Shown: positions 9,244 through 18,869, numbered from the stretch's first letter. The stretch: DNA of 64,000 bases from a virus (IMGVR_UViG_2724679359_000002:1-64000); one strand, 5' to 3'. Numbers and translations: made by a program. Notes: generated by a model from the sequence alone, not told the origin.

Positions 9244-9855
9244 TTATGGTTTTTCCGGCCAGTCAATCTCTGGCGCGGCGTTTGAGTCAATGCGCATTAG
9301 CGCGACGCGGTACTGTTTGAGTGCCGCCAATTGCTGAATATCAGTTGGTTGATTATCCATTGCAATGGCGTCGAGTAGGATGTTGATGTGCTCCGAAACC
9401 TGCTTTATCAGTGCGGTTTTCTGTTGGGCGGCGGTGGCGATATGGCGGGCTTTTAATGCCTGTTGATCGACTTCCCAGGCGGTTCCTGTCCATATATCAA
9501 ATTCATGCATTGGCTGAATCAGTGTTTTATTTTTGGGGATTGGCCCCAGTGCAAAAATGATGGATTCATTTTTTGTTTCAATGTCATACACCGTTTGATG
9601 GCGATGGTCTGCCACTGTCACCCACTGGTTAGCAGTTAAATCCCTGACCAATGCCATGCCGGTTTTAGGTTGAATGATGGGCGCGTCAGCCACCGAGTGA
9701 GCCGGTAAGCCGACGCCGAGCGGCAAGTACTCCATGCCCGCGCTGGCATATTCAAGACTCTCCGCATCATAGTGATAAAGCGTTACCCATCCCGCCTGGC
9801 TGGCGAGTTGATGGTCATCCAAGATGGCCTGTTGAACGGTAAAGTTATATTTCAT
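9244..9855 (-). CDS. G: Tail fibre assembly protein
   Basis: W.TVADHRHQTVY, FDIWTGTAW, YRVALMRID...IDWPEKP. Confidence 0.88.
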   Translation of the reverse strand: MKYNFTVQQAILDDHQLASQAGWVTLYHYDAESLEYASAGMEYLPLGVGLPAHSVADAPIIQPKTGMALVRDLTANQWVTVADHRHQTVYDIETKNESIIFALGPIPKNKTLIQPMHEFDIWTGTAWEVDQQALKARHIATAAQQKTALIKQVSEHINILLDAIAMDNQPTDIQQLAALKQYRVALMRIDSNAAPEIDWPEKP

Positions 9856-11402
9856 TAGATTGCCCTCAAAATATAGCAAAATGAGATGTTGCGTGGTCGG
9901 GTTTCGGCGGCGGTGCGCACCACGCGAGAGGCGTCAAAATCAAAGCTGCCACAATGGGTGATGTCGGTATGGTGCGGAGTATTGTCGTTGCCGACAGAGT
10001 GCGTTTTCGCGAAAGCACCAGTGAAATTGCTCTCTGCTGCGCTGCCGAGGCTTTCCGATACGCCACGGATGCCACCGGTGATATTTTGCAGTGCGTCGGC
10101 TTGCTCGCTTAACAGGGTACGACCCGTATCAATGCCGCGCCCGTCATCAAATCCGCGAATAAACTCGCCACGCAAATCGGGTAATTTTTTGTCTGGATAT
10201 AAGGTTGCCAGCGCGGGGTAGTGGTGGGCATAGAATGATGCGCCGTTACATTTTAAATATCCCGCCGGTGGCGTGGTACCTGGGTAGGGCAGTGGGATGC
10301 CTATGGGGGTTAATGCCTGGCTGCGGCTGGTGACGATATCTATCCATTCTCGCCATTGACCATAAGAGTGCAGGCGGTAAGCTATTTTTGCTGCGGTGTG
10401 GGTATTATTGGTGGAGAAAATAAATTGGTGGGCGGTTAACGCATCATTCTGAATATGCTGAATGGTCGCATCACTAAAGCCCTCGGGCTTATTGGGGGCG
10501 TATTGATTGACACAGTACATGCCGGTTTTTGTCAGCGCATTGATCCCCGCCGAGGCAATAATGCAGGGGCCACCCCAGCCAAAGGCCCCGACCGCCATGA
10601 GTTCATCGCGCTCATCACCCACATTCCGCGTCGCAGCAGAGCCGAGTTGCAGGTTAATTCGTGCGGCCTCTGTATCGTTAAGATCGAATAAATTTTTGCT
10701 GGCGAGAAGATATTGCGAATGAGGATAGGGGGTATCGAGATGGTTGCTCATCAATGCCACCGCAGCATTTACCGCTTTTTGTACCGCTTTGGGCGTGGCG
10801 GCTTCGGTCTCAATATGACTATCGATGTCGTTATTTAATCGCGTGAAACCTTTGGCGTATAAGCTGGCATCGGGATGGTTACATGAGTTTTCATGAGCAA
10901 TCATCAACTCATCGATATAGGTTTTGACCTCAATAGCTTTATCATCCGCATAGTTTCGCGCGGTCAGTACCGCTGATGGGATAATTTTCAGCATCACTGA
11001 CGCCGTGCTGCTAACCATGAATATCATACGAATCAGTTGGGTACGGCCACTGCCTTCCTGCATTTGTGGCTTATAGCTTTCCGGACAATTGGCGATGGCA
11101 ATTAACTCTCCGGCTTTATTCAGCAAGCCAATCTCCCGAATCCACCACCCGCCCTCAGTTTCAGAGATAATCTGCTCCGCAATAATCTGATGGGGATTGC
11201 TCGGGTCAATGGTCAGGGCATTAAGGGTGGCGCGGCGCTGTTCGTTCACCAGTTGGGTTTGTGCCGGGCTAGGGGTTGGCAGGGTGCCGCCGCCATCCCC
11301 AACCACCATGTGAGTTATCTCTAAACGGGTGCCGAGCGCGGTGGCGCTTGCCAGTCTGGCCGTGCCGATATGGGTTAATAAGGCAAAGTATTTATTCGTC
11401 AT
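9855..11402 (-). CDS. H: Tail fibre protein with collar domain
   Basis: P2 H N-terminus (GDGGG, GGWWIREIGL, EGSGRTQ), AATPKAV repeat, collar PIG...PDLRGEFIRG, ETRPRNI. Confidence 0.93.
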   Translation of the reverse strand: MTNKYFALLTHIGTARLASATALGTRLEITHMVVGDGGGTLPTPSPAQTQLVNEQRRATLNALTIDPSNPHQIIAEQIISETEGGWWIREIGLLNKAGELIAIANCPESYKPQMQEGSGRTQLIRMIFMVSSTASVMLKIIPSAVLTARNYADDKAIEVKTYIDELMIAHENSCNHPDASLYAKGFTRLNNDIDSHIETEAATPKAVQKAVNAAVALMSNHLDTPYPHSQYLLASKNLFDLNDTEAARINLQLGSAATRNVGDERDELMAVGAFGWGGPCIIASAGINALTKTGMYCVNQYAPNKPEGFSDATIQHIQNDALTAHQFIFSTNNTHTAAKIAYRLHSYGQWREWIDIVTSRSQALTPIGIPLPYPGTTPPAGYLKCNGASFYAHHYPALATLYPDKKLPDLRGEFIRGFDDGRGIDTGRTLLSEQADALQNITGGIRGVSESLGSAAESNFTGAFAKTHSVGNDNTPHHTDITHCGSFDFDASRVVRTAAETRPRNISFCYILRAI

Positions 11403-11940
11403 ATTGAGTCCATTCATAGGGGTAAATGGTCATTTCGTCGCAGTCATAACTGGCGGCACTGATGGGGATTGCTCCGTTAACAGCCAAATTAATCGACAGG
11501 CCATTCAGATGGCGACTGCACGGCTTGGCGTCGTCTATTAACCGCTCCAGTTCGGGATACATTTCCTCGGTAATACCGGTTTCCAGCACACCCACATCAA
11601 GGCGAAAGGTACCGGGCGTTTCGTTGGTTTTCCACCATTCGATCACCCGAATAAGGTAGCCGAGCGGCTCAACTACCCGACGAATTGCGCCAATGGTGCC
11701 TTTGTGTTTGTGGACGTACTGCGAGGACTTCACCACCGCGCGCTTGGTGGCTTGCGGCCAGTCCTCATCCCAGCGATCCACCGACCACGCCCAGGCTAAA
11801 TAAGGCAGCAATACCAGCGGGCAGGTATCGGCATTCCACAGCTTGCTTAATGGCACCTCAATATCCGCCATACGTGCACAGGCTTGTGCGGCGGCGATCT
11901 CCAACGTGGTAGAGCCAACCGGCAATAAGCGTTTATTCAT
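11392..11940 (-). CDS. I: Tail protein I
   Basis: LLPYLAWAWSVDRWD, HKHKGTIGAIRRVVEPLG. Confidence 0.93.
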   Translation of the reverse strand: MNKRLLPVGSTTLEIAAAQACARMADIEVPLSKLWNADTCPLVLLPYLAWAWSVDRWDEDWPQATKRAVVKSSQYVHKHKGTIGAIRRVVEPLGYLIRVIEWWKTNETPGTFRLDVGVLETGITEEMYPELERLIDDAKPCSRHLNGLSINLAVNGAIPISAASYDCDEMTIYPYEWTQYDE

Positions 11941-12841
11941 CAGAGCCGCCCACCGTCAAGGTATAACCGGTGCAGTGAGCGGCTTGCGTTCTATCCAGCA
12001 CCACATCCGCTAGCGGCGCGACCAACTCTACCCGCTGCACCCCCTCAACATGCAGCGCGGCGTAAATGGCAGATTGGCGAATATCGCGACCTAAGCGGCG
12101 TTGGGTGCTGATATAGGTGTTTAGCCTGGCTTCGGCTGCTGTACGAATGGGTTCGGTTTCTGGCCCCGGATAAAAATAGAGCGTGACGTCAATCTGGTAT
12201 TCCACGATAGCGGCAGAATTAACCGTTAACCGATCCGCCACTGGCCGCACGTTCTCATCGTTCAGCACGGTAAAAACTTTATCCAATAAATCTTGTGCGG
12301 CCACGCCGTTCCCCTCGCGAGAGAGCACAGTAACGGTAACGCAAGCGGGAGATGGACTAATGGCGGAGGCGTCAGCAATCCGGCCATCCGCACTGCGGGC
12401 GTGATATTCGTAAGCACCGGTTGGCCCGGCCACGCTCAAGCCCTCAAAAGCCTGCGGGATACGTACCCGGAAATCGTCGTCAGACTCCATCACTGCGGCA
12501 GTGGGGGGGATGGTGTCGGGATTGGCCGCTGTGATGGTCAACCGCGCAATACCATTGTTTGCGCCGAGGTGATCTAAATCACTGCCGATAGCATGAGCCA
12601 CCATCACCGCCTGCGCCCCCTCATTGACACGCTGACGCAACAGCAATTCACGGTAGGTACTCTCCTGCAACAGCTTCACAATGGGTTCCGACTCAAATGA
12701 CAACGTTAGGCGCACCGCGTCTTGTTGGTCAGCCGGATATAAGGCAATAAATGCCTCTTTGCGCACGGCAAACAGGCTGTCAAAATCCAGTGCTTCAATC
12801 ACCAGCGGGGCCGGTAACTGGCTTAAATCAATGATTGCCAC
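11933..12841 (-). CDS. J: Baseplate J protein
   Basis: IDLSQLPAP...EGLSVAGPTGAYEYHA...RPVADR. Confidence 0.93.
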   Translation of the reverse strand: MAIIDLSQLPAPLVIEALDFDSLFAVRKEAFIALYPADQQDAVRLTLSFESEPIVKLLQESTYRELLLRQRVNEGAQAVMVAHAIGSDLDHLGANNGIARLTITAANPDTIPPTAAVMESDDDFRVRIPQAFEGLSVAGPTGAYEYHARSADGRIADASAISPSPACVTVTVLSREGNGVAAQDLLDKVFTVLNDENVRPVADRLTVNSAAIVEYQIDVTLYFYPGPETEPIRTAAEARLNTYISTQRRLGRDIRQSAIYAALHVEGVQRVELVAPLADVVLDRTQAAHCTGYTLTVGGSDE

Positions 12842-13197
12842 TATTGGCCTCCTATTGGCACTGCCAAACTCAACCGGCTTTCGCTATCAGTGCGACTACC
12901 GGTTAAATCCACAATCATCTGGCCGTCAATCTGGGTGGTGATACTGATGGCATTTAAGGTCACGCGTGGCTCCCAGCGCATCACTGCGCCATACACCGCA
13001 GCCATCATTTTGAGACGCAGTGCGGGATTTTGTGGCTGGTCGATCAGGGTGGATAACAGTGAGCCATAATCACGGCGCATTACTCGCGTACCTTGCGGGG
13101 TGGTCAGAATGTCGCTGATTGACTGGCGAATATGGTCAATATCGTCGATGTGTAAACCGCTGTTGCGGTTCATGCCGCTATATTTATCGCTGGTCAT
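12841..13197 (-). CDS. W: Baseplate wedge protein W
   Basis: HIRQSISDILTTPQGTRVMRRDYGS, RWEPRV. Confidence 0.93.
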   Translation of the reverse strand: MTSDKYSGMNRNSGLHIDDIDHIRQSISDILTTPQGTRVMRRDYGSLLSTLIDQPQNPALRLKMMAAVYGAVMRWEPRVTLNAISITTQIDGQMIVDLTGSRTDSESRLSLAVPIGGQ

Positions 13198-13829
13198 TTA
13201 ACCCCCTGAGTCCAATCACCGCCGCGCTGCACGCCACCGTGGTGATGATCGTCAACCACCACACCATTAGATGAGAACTGGCCGCCGGAATGCTCAATAT
13301 CACCGCTCATTTTGCCGCCTTGCATCACTTGTAAGGTGGCGGTAGTTAGGTTATTGGTGCATTCCACTTCCGGTGTATCCAGTGTGATTTTGACCGAGGC
13401 AGTACAGGTAATATTGGGGGCGGTTACACTAACTGATTCACTGGCTTCAATCACTGCCGTGGCTATGCCGGTAATAGCCAGGTGGCTGGTTTCCGGTTCA
13501 TATTCAAAACGGGCACCATCAGGAAAAGTGATCACCATGGCGTCAGGCGATTGTGACGGCGCGGAATTAGCATCAGAAAAAATGGCAGGCAGCACAAAGC
13601 CGGTGGTGAGTTCACCGCCAATACTCAACACCATCACTTGTTCACCTTTGGACGGCGCAGACCAAAAACGTACCCGACCGGCGCGCAGAGTGAGCCAATT
13701 GAGCCAATCGGTTTCAAGGTTGCCTATTTTAACCCGGCACAGTCCGTTGGCGAGATCGACGTCTGAGACGATGCCAATGCGGATAATGTTAGCCAACAGG
13801 CGTTTAAGGCCAGCAATAAGGATATTCAT
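13194..13829 (-). CDS. V: Baseplate spike protein V
   Basis: TDWLNWLTLRAG, GEQV, C-terminal HxH iron-binding motif. Confidence 0.92.
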   Translation of the reverse strand: MNILIAGLKRLLANIIRIGIVSDVDLANGLCRVKIGNLETDWLNWLTLRAGRVRFWSAPSKGEQVMVLSIGGELTTGFVLPAIFSDANSAPSQSPDAMVITFPDGARFEYEPETSHLAITGIATAVIEASESVSVTAPNITCTASVKITLDTPEVECTNNLTTATLQVMQGGKMSGDIEHSGGQFSSNGVVVDDHHHGGVQRGGDWTQGVK

Positions 13830-13875
13830 GCGGTCAGTGTGCCGTCTACGGGCGCGCGCGGCATGTGATGGGTTT

Positions 13876-13893
13876 TGTGTGGGGGATGGCACA
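13876..13893 (-). promoter_or_regulatory. Ogr-dependent late promoter site (pV)
   Basis: TGT-N12-ACA upstream of V. Confidence 0.8.
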
Positions 13894-13962
13894 AGAGATG
13901 TATTTATATAGTAAACTGTGAAAGTTTATTACATTATCGTTTAAATAGAAGGAAGAATCGTA

Positions 13963-14883
13963 GTGGATAATTCTATTGATACCAAGATTTATAAATTAGA
14001 CAAAAAATATGCACGAGATGGTATCCCATTTCATCAACGGCCATTAAAGGCAGCAATGGATATTTTGGACATATCGTCAGTGATTGATGCTATTGAACAC
14101 CCCAAATTTAATTATATTATTAATAGATATGGAAAGATAATTCCTGAGACCGTAACTACATGGCCTGGAATGGGGACAGGAATAGTTGCGTCAATTGATC
14201 AAGTAAAAAAATTCACCGTAGGTGTAGCTTATGGTAATCCACGAATTGATATTTATCGTGGGTTGGGTTTCGACAGCGACGAAAAATGGTTTAGTTGGTG
14301 CAGAAAGGATATGAAAATTGCAGCTGAATCAGCTTTTGCATTTGTAGATATATTTGACTTTGTTTATGGCACCGATAGTCTTAGCCATGAAACTAATCCT
14401 GATGTAATAGCATTTTTGAACTTGGCGACTTCTAACCTAGAGCTTGTCGCTCATGCATTACCTAATACATATAATAGTGACACAGTCATACAACCAATTT
14501 GTATGACTGTGGAGTTGGTGCTTAAAGGAATATTAATTCATTTAGGTTTATCAATTGATGAAATAAAAAACCTTGGACATGATCATTTAGCCTTGTTTAA
14601 TAAATTAACATCTAAAGTTGAACATAGAGATGATGAACTAATCAAAACTATAATTAATCGCATCCCTGATTATGTCGACTCTCGCTATAGAGGGGCTGAA
14701 CTTACCCGTATACAAACAGTTAAACTCGCCCTCGGAGTTCAGTTTATTGCTGCATCGGCATTAAGACGTGTAACTCAATGTGATTTAGCATTACAAATGG
14801 AACAAGATGATTTCCCTGGGTATGCAATACGTCAAAAATTTGCAAACTCATTTTTAAAGGGGGCATGGCAGCCTAGCAACTAA
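13963..14883 (+). CDS. AT-rich moron protein with HEPN-like C-terminal domain
   Basis: VELVLKGIL...GHDHLAL...YVDSRY pattern resembles the HEPN E-x3-K / HD / RY motifs. Confidence 0.55.
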   Translation: MDNSIDTKIYKLDKKYARDGIPFHQRPLKAAMDILDISSVIDAIEHPKFNYIINRYGKIIPETVTTWPGMGTGIVASIDQVKKFTVGVAYGNPRIDIYRGLGFDSDEKWFSWCRKDMKIAAESAFAFVDIFDFVYGTDSLSHETNPDVIAFLNLATSNLELVAHALPNTYNSDTVIQPICMTVELVLKGILIHLGLSIDEIKNLGHDHLALFNKLTSKVEHRDDELIKTIINRIPDYVDSRYRGAELTRIQTVKLALGVQFIAASALRRVTQCDLALQMEQDDFPGYAIRQKFANSFLKGAWQPSN

Positions 14884-14951
14884 ATAGCTCTATATCATGT
14901 AAATGCTGATATCGCTTGCATTGCTCCATTTATTGGGGGTACATTAAATGC

Positions 14952-15224
14952 ATGGACATATCTTACGACCCAACCAAAAACGAAAAAAATATTGCTGAAC
15001 GTAAATTGTCCTTTGAGATGGCGCGTGATTTTGAAGTTGCCACCGCGCTAATTGTTGAGGATCTGCGTAAGGAATATCCAGAGCGGCGCTTTCAGGCACT
15101 GGGCTACATTGAAGAGCGGTTACATATGTTGGTATTCACACCACGTAACGGCAAGGTGCATGTTATCAGTCTGCGTAAGGCAAATTCCCGTGAGGTAAAG
15201 CGATATGAACAAAAAAATCAGTAA
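14952..15224 (+). CDS. brnT: BrnT family toxin (RNase)
   Basis: YDPTKNEKNIAERKLSFEMA, ERRFQALG, VFTPR, VISLRKANSRE. Confidence 0.9.
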   Translation: MDISYDPTKNEKNIAERKLSFEMARDFEVATALIVEDLRKEYPERRFQALGYIEERLHMLVFTPRNGKVHVISLRKANSREVKRYEQKNQ

Positions 15225-15495
15225 AGTCACTGTGACAGATAACCCTGAGTGGGGTGAGGCAGAGTTTGCCCGCGCACGTCCAGCCACCGAGGTATTTACC
15301 GAGTTGTTTGGTAAAGAGGGCGCGGAAAAGGTGATAAAAACCCGTGGTCGGCCAAAACTGGCAAATCCGAAAGAGCCGGTTAAGCTACGAATTGATCACG
15401 ATGTGGTAGACGCCTATCGGGCGCAGGGCGATGGATGGCAAACCAAAATGAACGAAGCGTTGCGCGATTACGCTAAAACTCATGGGATGCTGTGA
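15205..15495 (+). CDS. brnA: BrnA family antitoxin
   Basis: DNPEW, RGRPK, LRIDHDVVDAYRAQGDGWQTKMNEALR; overlaps brnT. Confidence 0.9.
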   Translation: MNKKISKVTVTDNPEWGEAEFARARPATEVFTELFGKEGAEKVIKTRGRPKLANPKEPVKLRIDHDVVDAYRAQGDGWQTKMNEALRDYAKTHGML

Positions 15496-15561
15496 TTTAT
15501 TAGGCGTTATTTTTCAATAACCAGTCAAAACTTACTCAGAGAAGCCGCTAAGAGGGACATT

Positions 15562-16623
15562 ATGGCAAGCTGCATTCCCCCCAAAGTTCCCGGATACTTA
15601 CAAAGAATTCGGGAACAATATAAGGAAAGTGAACCTATTATTTATAAAGTTCTTAGTCATGCAAAAATATTTGTTCGCGAAGATTACCATGTTGATCCTA
15701 ATTATGATGCTGTTGGTCATGATATCTGTCTTTTCTTGCCAATGGAGATATTGAGAGGCATACATATTTCTAAACAAGAAGAATATACAAATGTAATTAA
15801 AAACGACCTCAATCTTTTGACAAAATCTGTGCATGGTGAATGGATAGGCGAAGTTGCATTAGAACTGAATTCTGAGTTAGATCCTGAATATCAGCAAGCT
15901 ATCAGTATCAATGAAGTAGTCAACGAGGTGCTGAATCCTGATGAGTTATCCATTTGGAAGCCAAACTTAATTCGAGTTTTTATTAGCCATAGAGACAAAT
16001 ACAAGCGTGAAGCGCAAGAATTAGCAAATTCCTTAGAGGAGTACGGTTTCAGTTGTTTTGTTGCCCATGAGACTATCGAACCACTCAAAGAGTGGAGAAA
16101 TGAGATCGTTAACGGGCTGAAAACAATGGAAGTGATGTTGGTTTTACTAACGGATGATTTCAATGACAGTATCTGGACGTGCCAAGAGGTTGGCTATGCT
16201 CTCGGTGCAAATAAACCAGTTGTAACCCTAAAAGTTGGCAAAGTCGATCCTGCTGGATTTATTAGTCATTTACAAGCAGTAAAAGGGAGCCTCGACACTC
16301 CCACGCATAATGCCGAGTTGTTGAATATGCTTTTGGCTGACAGCATCGGTAAAGCAGAAAGAATACAACAAGCACTAATTTCTACATTCATAGCATCCCA
16401 GAGTTTTGATGAATCTAAGCATCGATTCAATCGTATGAATAAGAGCATCAAAAAACTTACGGAAGAAAATGTAAGCACCCTAGTGGATGGTTTCCGAAGA
16501 AATAGACAATTGAATCAGTGTATCTATCTAAATAATAACTACAACAGACTTAAAACTTTTATTGAACGGACAACAGGCAAGAACGTAATAACAAATGAAA
16601 ACGAAATAGTTTTATCTGATTAG
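15562..16623 (+). CDS. TIR-domain protein (candidate anti-phage NADase)
   Basis: VFISHR...FVAHETIEP..EWRNEI...SIWTCQEVGYA with the catalytic Glu; extra N- and C-terminal domains. Confidence 0.85.
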   Translation: MASCIPPKVPGYLQRIREQYKESEPIIYKVLSHAKIFVREDYHVDPNYDAVGHDICLFLPMEILRGIHISKQEEYTNVIKNDLNLLTKSVHGEWIGEVALELNSELDPEYQQAISINEVVNEVLNPDELSIWKPNLIRVFISHRDKYKREAQELANSLEEYGFSCFVAHETIEPLKEWRNEIVNGLKTMEVMLVLLTDDFNDSIWTCQEVGYALGANKPVVTLKVGKVDPAGFISHLQAVKGSLDTPTHNAELLNMLLADSIGKAERIQQALISTFIASQSFDESKHRFNRMNKSIKKLTEENVSTLVDGFRRNRQLNQCIYLNNNYNRLKTFIERTTGKNVITNENEIVLSD

Positions 16624-16661
16624 TTAAATGTCAATACTGAAACTAACTCCAGCATTTGAAA

Positions 16662-17108
16662 TTACTTCCCTATCCACTCCAACGCCAGATCCCCAATCCA
16701 TTCACTGTCGCCGTCAGTAAAGCCTAGCAACTGGCGGCGCTCGTATTTCACCGTTGGCCCGTTCTTTGTGACTTTATCCCGTAAGCCGTAGTGATGCACT
16801 CGCACCAGATTATTGACCTTACCGGTAAAGGTGACGGCGGCCTCATCGGCGTTGGATTCATTTTTGATATAACGGGCGGTGCGCAGCTTGGTAAACATCT
16901 TGCGCTTGATGCGGCCTTGTTTATCGCGGCGTTTCTTCTTGCGCGGCACAAAGGGCGATCCGTCTGGGTTTTGCTGCGACTGAATATGCTTTTGCTGCCG
17001 CTGGCGTAGCTCTTTGGCTACCTGACGCATAAACGCGCCACGTGCCTGTGGGGATAATTGCGCCAGTAAAATTGATAGGGTTTGGTCTAGCTCATGCAGG
17101 TCATTCAT
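16662..17108 (-). CDS. S: Tail completion protein S
   Basis: QQNPDGSPF.PRK, RKMFTKLR, VHHYG, RQLLGF. Confidence 0.9.
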   Translation of the reverse strand: MNDLHELDQTLSILLAQLSPQARGAFMRQVAKELRQRQQKHIQSQQNPDGSPFVPRKKKRRDKQGRIKRKMFTKLRTARYIKNESNADEAAVTFTGKVNNLVRVHHYGLRDKVTKNGPTVKYERRQLLGFTDGDSEWIGDLALEWIGK

Positions 17109-17572
17109 GCGACCCACTCCGCCACGGTTTTACCGTCAACATTCACTTTGTAACTTTTGACAAAATGCTCCGGTGGCACTGGCTCATCAAGATGGGTAAC
17201 GTTTAATGTTCCGTCCTGCTCTTTGACAATCACCCGCTCAGTGAGCTTGATATCAATACTGATATCGCGCAGTTTGTTATCAAGATAATCCGCTTCAAAG
17301 GTGAAGCAATCCTGACGCTTATCAGGATTTGCCATAATATCTGGCTGATGAGTGCGCAACCAATGCAGAATAGGGACAACAATCAAATCCATGCTCTCGG
17401 CGTAATCGGTCACCACCAGATTTAAGGTGTATTGATATTCAAAAGAGAGTGATGGGGCCAGCGTGGCAATAATCGCCCCTTTATCAATAAACACATGTAA
17501 GCAATCTGGATTTTGCTTGATATACGGCACCGCCTTTAAAATAGCGCTACGCAGCGAATCAGGCTTTAACAT
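17105..17572 (-). CDS. R: Tail completion protein R
   Basis: MLKPDSLR, SLSFEYQYTL, LTERVIV. Confidence 0.9.
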   Translation of the reverse strand: MLKPDSLRSAILKAVPYIKQNPDCLHVFIDKGAIIATLAPSLSFEYQYTLNLVVTDYAESMDLIVVPILHWLRTHQPDIMANPDKRQDCFTFEADYLDNKLRDISIDIKLTERVIVKEQDGTLNVTHLDEPVPPEHFVKSYKVNVDGKTVAEWVA

Positions 17573-17822
17573 TGACAGCCCCTTGCTGGCAAGTCAGCAC
17601 TGTATCAACTTGCGCCGCGCAAGCGTGTAAAGCCGCTTCCAACTGGTCAATGTCGTCGTTTAAATCACCGTTAGTGTGCGGTTCCGCTGCTGGAAATTGG
17701 CACTGCGCCACTCTCGGACAGCCATTGACGGTAATCTGCGGCCCCGGTGATGGCGGGGCGTCGGCGCAACCGGATAATATCATCAGGCAGGGGAGTATCA
17801 GCCCAGCGGCGTAAGGTTTCAT
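17559..17822 (-). CDS. lysC: o-spanin lipoprotein
   Basis: LSGC lipobox; CP...C...NGDL...C..QV; overlaps lysB. Confidence 0.82.
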   Translation of the reverse strand: MKPYAAGLILPCLMILSGCADAPPSPGPQITVNGCPRVAQCQFPAAEPHTNGDLNDDIDQLEAALHACAAQVDTVLTCQQGAVNVKA

Positions 17823-18096
17823 TTTCACGATATAACCTCTTGATTTGATTATTACGTTGCGCCAATAACTGATCTGTACTGGCAACCTGTTGGCGTAAAT
17901 GCGCCTGTGCCTGATTGTTGGCATTGGCGGTCAGCGCAAGGGCAATGAGTTGGTCGTTTTTACTGGACGAATCGGCCGCTTGTTGGTCAATCAATGTCTG
18001 ACGGGCCTCGGCTAACCGGTGGGTCTGTACGCCACTGATAACCAGTAACGCGCCGACAATCGGCCAGACCAACGATGCTGTATTGAAGATTGGCAT
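17671..18096 (-). CDS. lysB: i-spanin
   Basis: N-terminal TM segment, coiled coil, ENETLRRWADTPLPDDIIRL. Confidence 0.88.
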   Translation of the reverse strand: MPIFNTASLVWPIVGALLVISGVQTHRLAEARQTLIDQQAADSSSKNDQLIALALTANANNQAQAHLRQQVASTDQLLAQRNNQIKRLYRENETLRRWADTPLPDDIIRLRRRPAITGAADYRQWLSESGAVPISSSGTAH

Positions 18097-18100
18097 GGTG

Positions 18101-18496
18101 TCAGCCCGGATATTGACGGGCGGGCAATTGAAAATGCGGGCCGTCTTTAAAGGTTGTCCAGTTACCGCCCCATTCCACAGCGATCCCCAGCTCGGCGGCG
18201 GCCTGTTTCATTGCGTCAGCCATCGGATAAAAATACTTCCATTCCCAGCTCATCTTGCCATCAGGCAGCGGCACAATATCGACCGCATGGCCGGTTAAGT
18301 GGCGGCTGTTTAGGGTTTGGCTGGCTCCGGCCTTGACTAGTTCGCGCTGGCGCTCGATTGTGCGGCGGCCCTCGATCACTTTAAAATCAATCGGGGTCAA
18401 TTCCAGCGCGCGGCGCACCACTTTCACCAAATCAGGATGCACGCCGATCAGATTGGTTTCGCTGGTTTTGCCGAAAATAAATTTATTGCTTGGCAT
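18101..18496 (-). CDS. Endolysin, M15 family peptidase
   Basis: EGRRT..RQ, SRHLTGHAVD, WGGNW..FKDGPHFQL. Confidence 0.9.
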   Translation of the reverse strand: MPSNKFIFGKTSETNLIGVHPDLVKVVRRALELTPIDFKVIEGRRTIERQRELVKAGASQTLNSRHLTGHAVDIVPLPDGKMSWEWKYFYPMADAMKQAAAELGIAVEWGGNWTTFKDGPHFQLPARQYPG

Positions 18497-18869
18497 CAGT
18501 GGTTCCCGTCTTTTTGTTAACAATTTTAAATACCAGCTCGCGGATGGTCTGCAAGCCGATCAGCCCGATAAGACAACTGACAAATATCTCCACTTTCCCG
18601 GCGGCAACTTCGGTTAACGCGCCATTTAGCCAGGGAGTGGCATCAATCAGGTGGATTAGCATCGGGGAAATTACCGGGCCGATATTGACGCCGACCAGCC
18701 CACACACCACGCCCTCGCCAATGCCCTCACGCAACTTACCGCCGCCCCACACTACGCGGCGAAACGCCACAATAAAGGCGACGAGAAAGCCGTTTATCAC
18801 GGTTGAATGGGTAGAATAAAAGGCCAGTACCACCCCCACCCAACTTGGATCTTTTTCTGGCATTTTCAT
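18483..18869 (-). CDS. Holin, lambda S-like, with dual-start motif
   Basis: MKMPEK N-terminus, several TM segments, basic C-terminus; between X and the endolysin. Confidence 0.82.
   Translation of the reverse strand: MKMPEKDPSWVGVVLAFYSTHSTVINGFLVAFIVAFRRVVWGGGKLREGIGEGVVCGLVGVNIGPVISPMLIHLIDATPWLNGALTEVAAGKVEIFVSCLIGLIGLQTIRELVFKIVNKKTGTTDAKQ

Noticed and set aside
9244-11417. Invertible tail-fibre cassette
   Set aside because: No serine invertase, no inverted partial fibre gene and no crossover inverted repeats were seen in either prophage.
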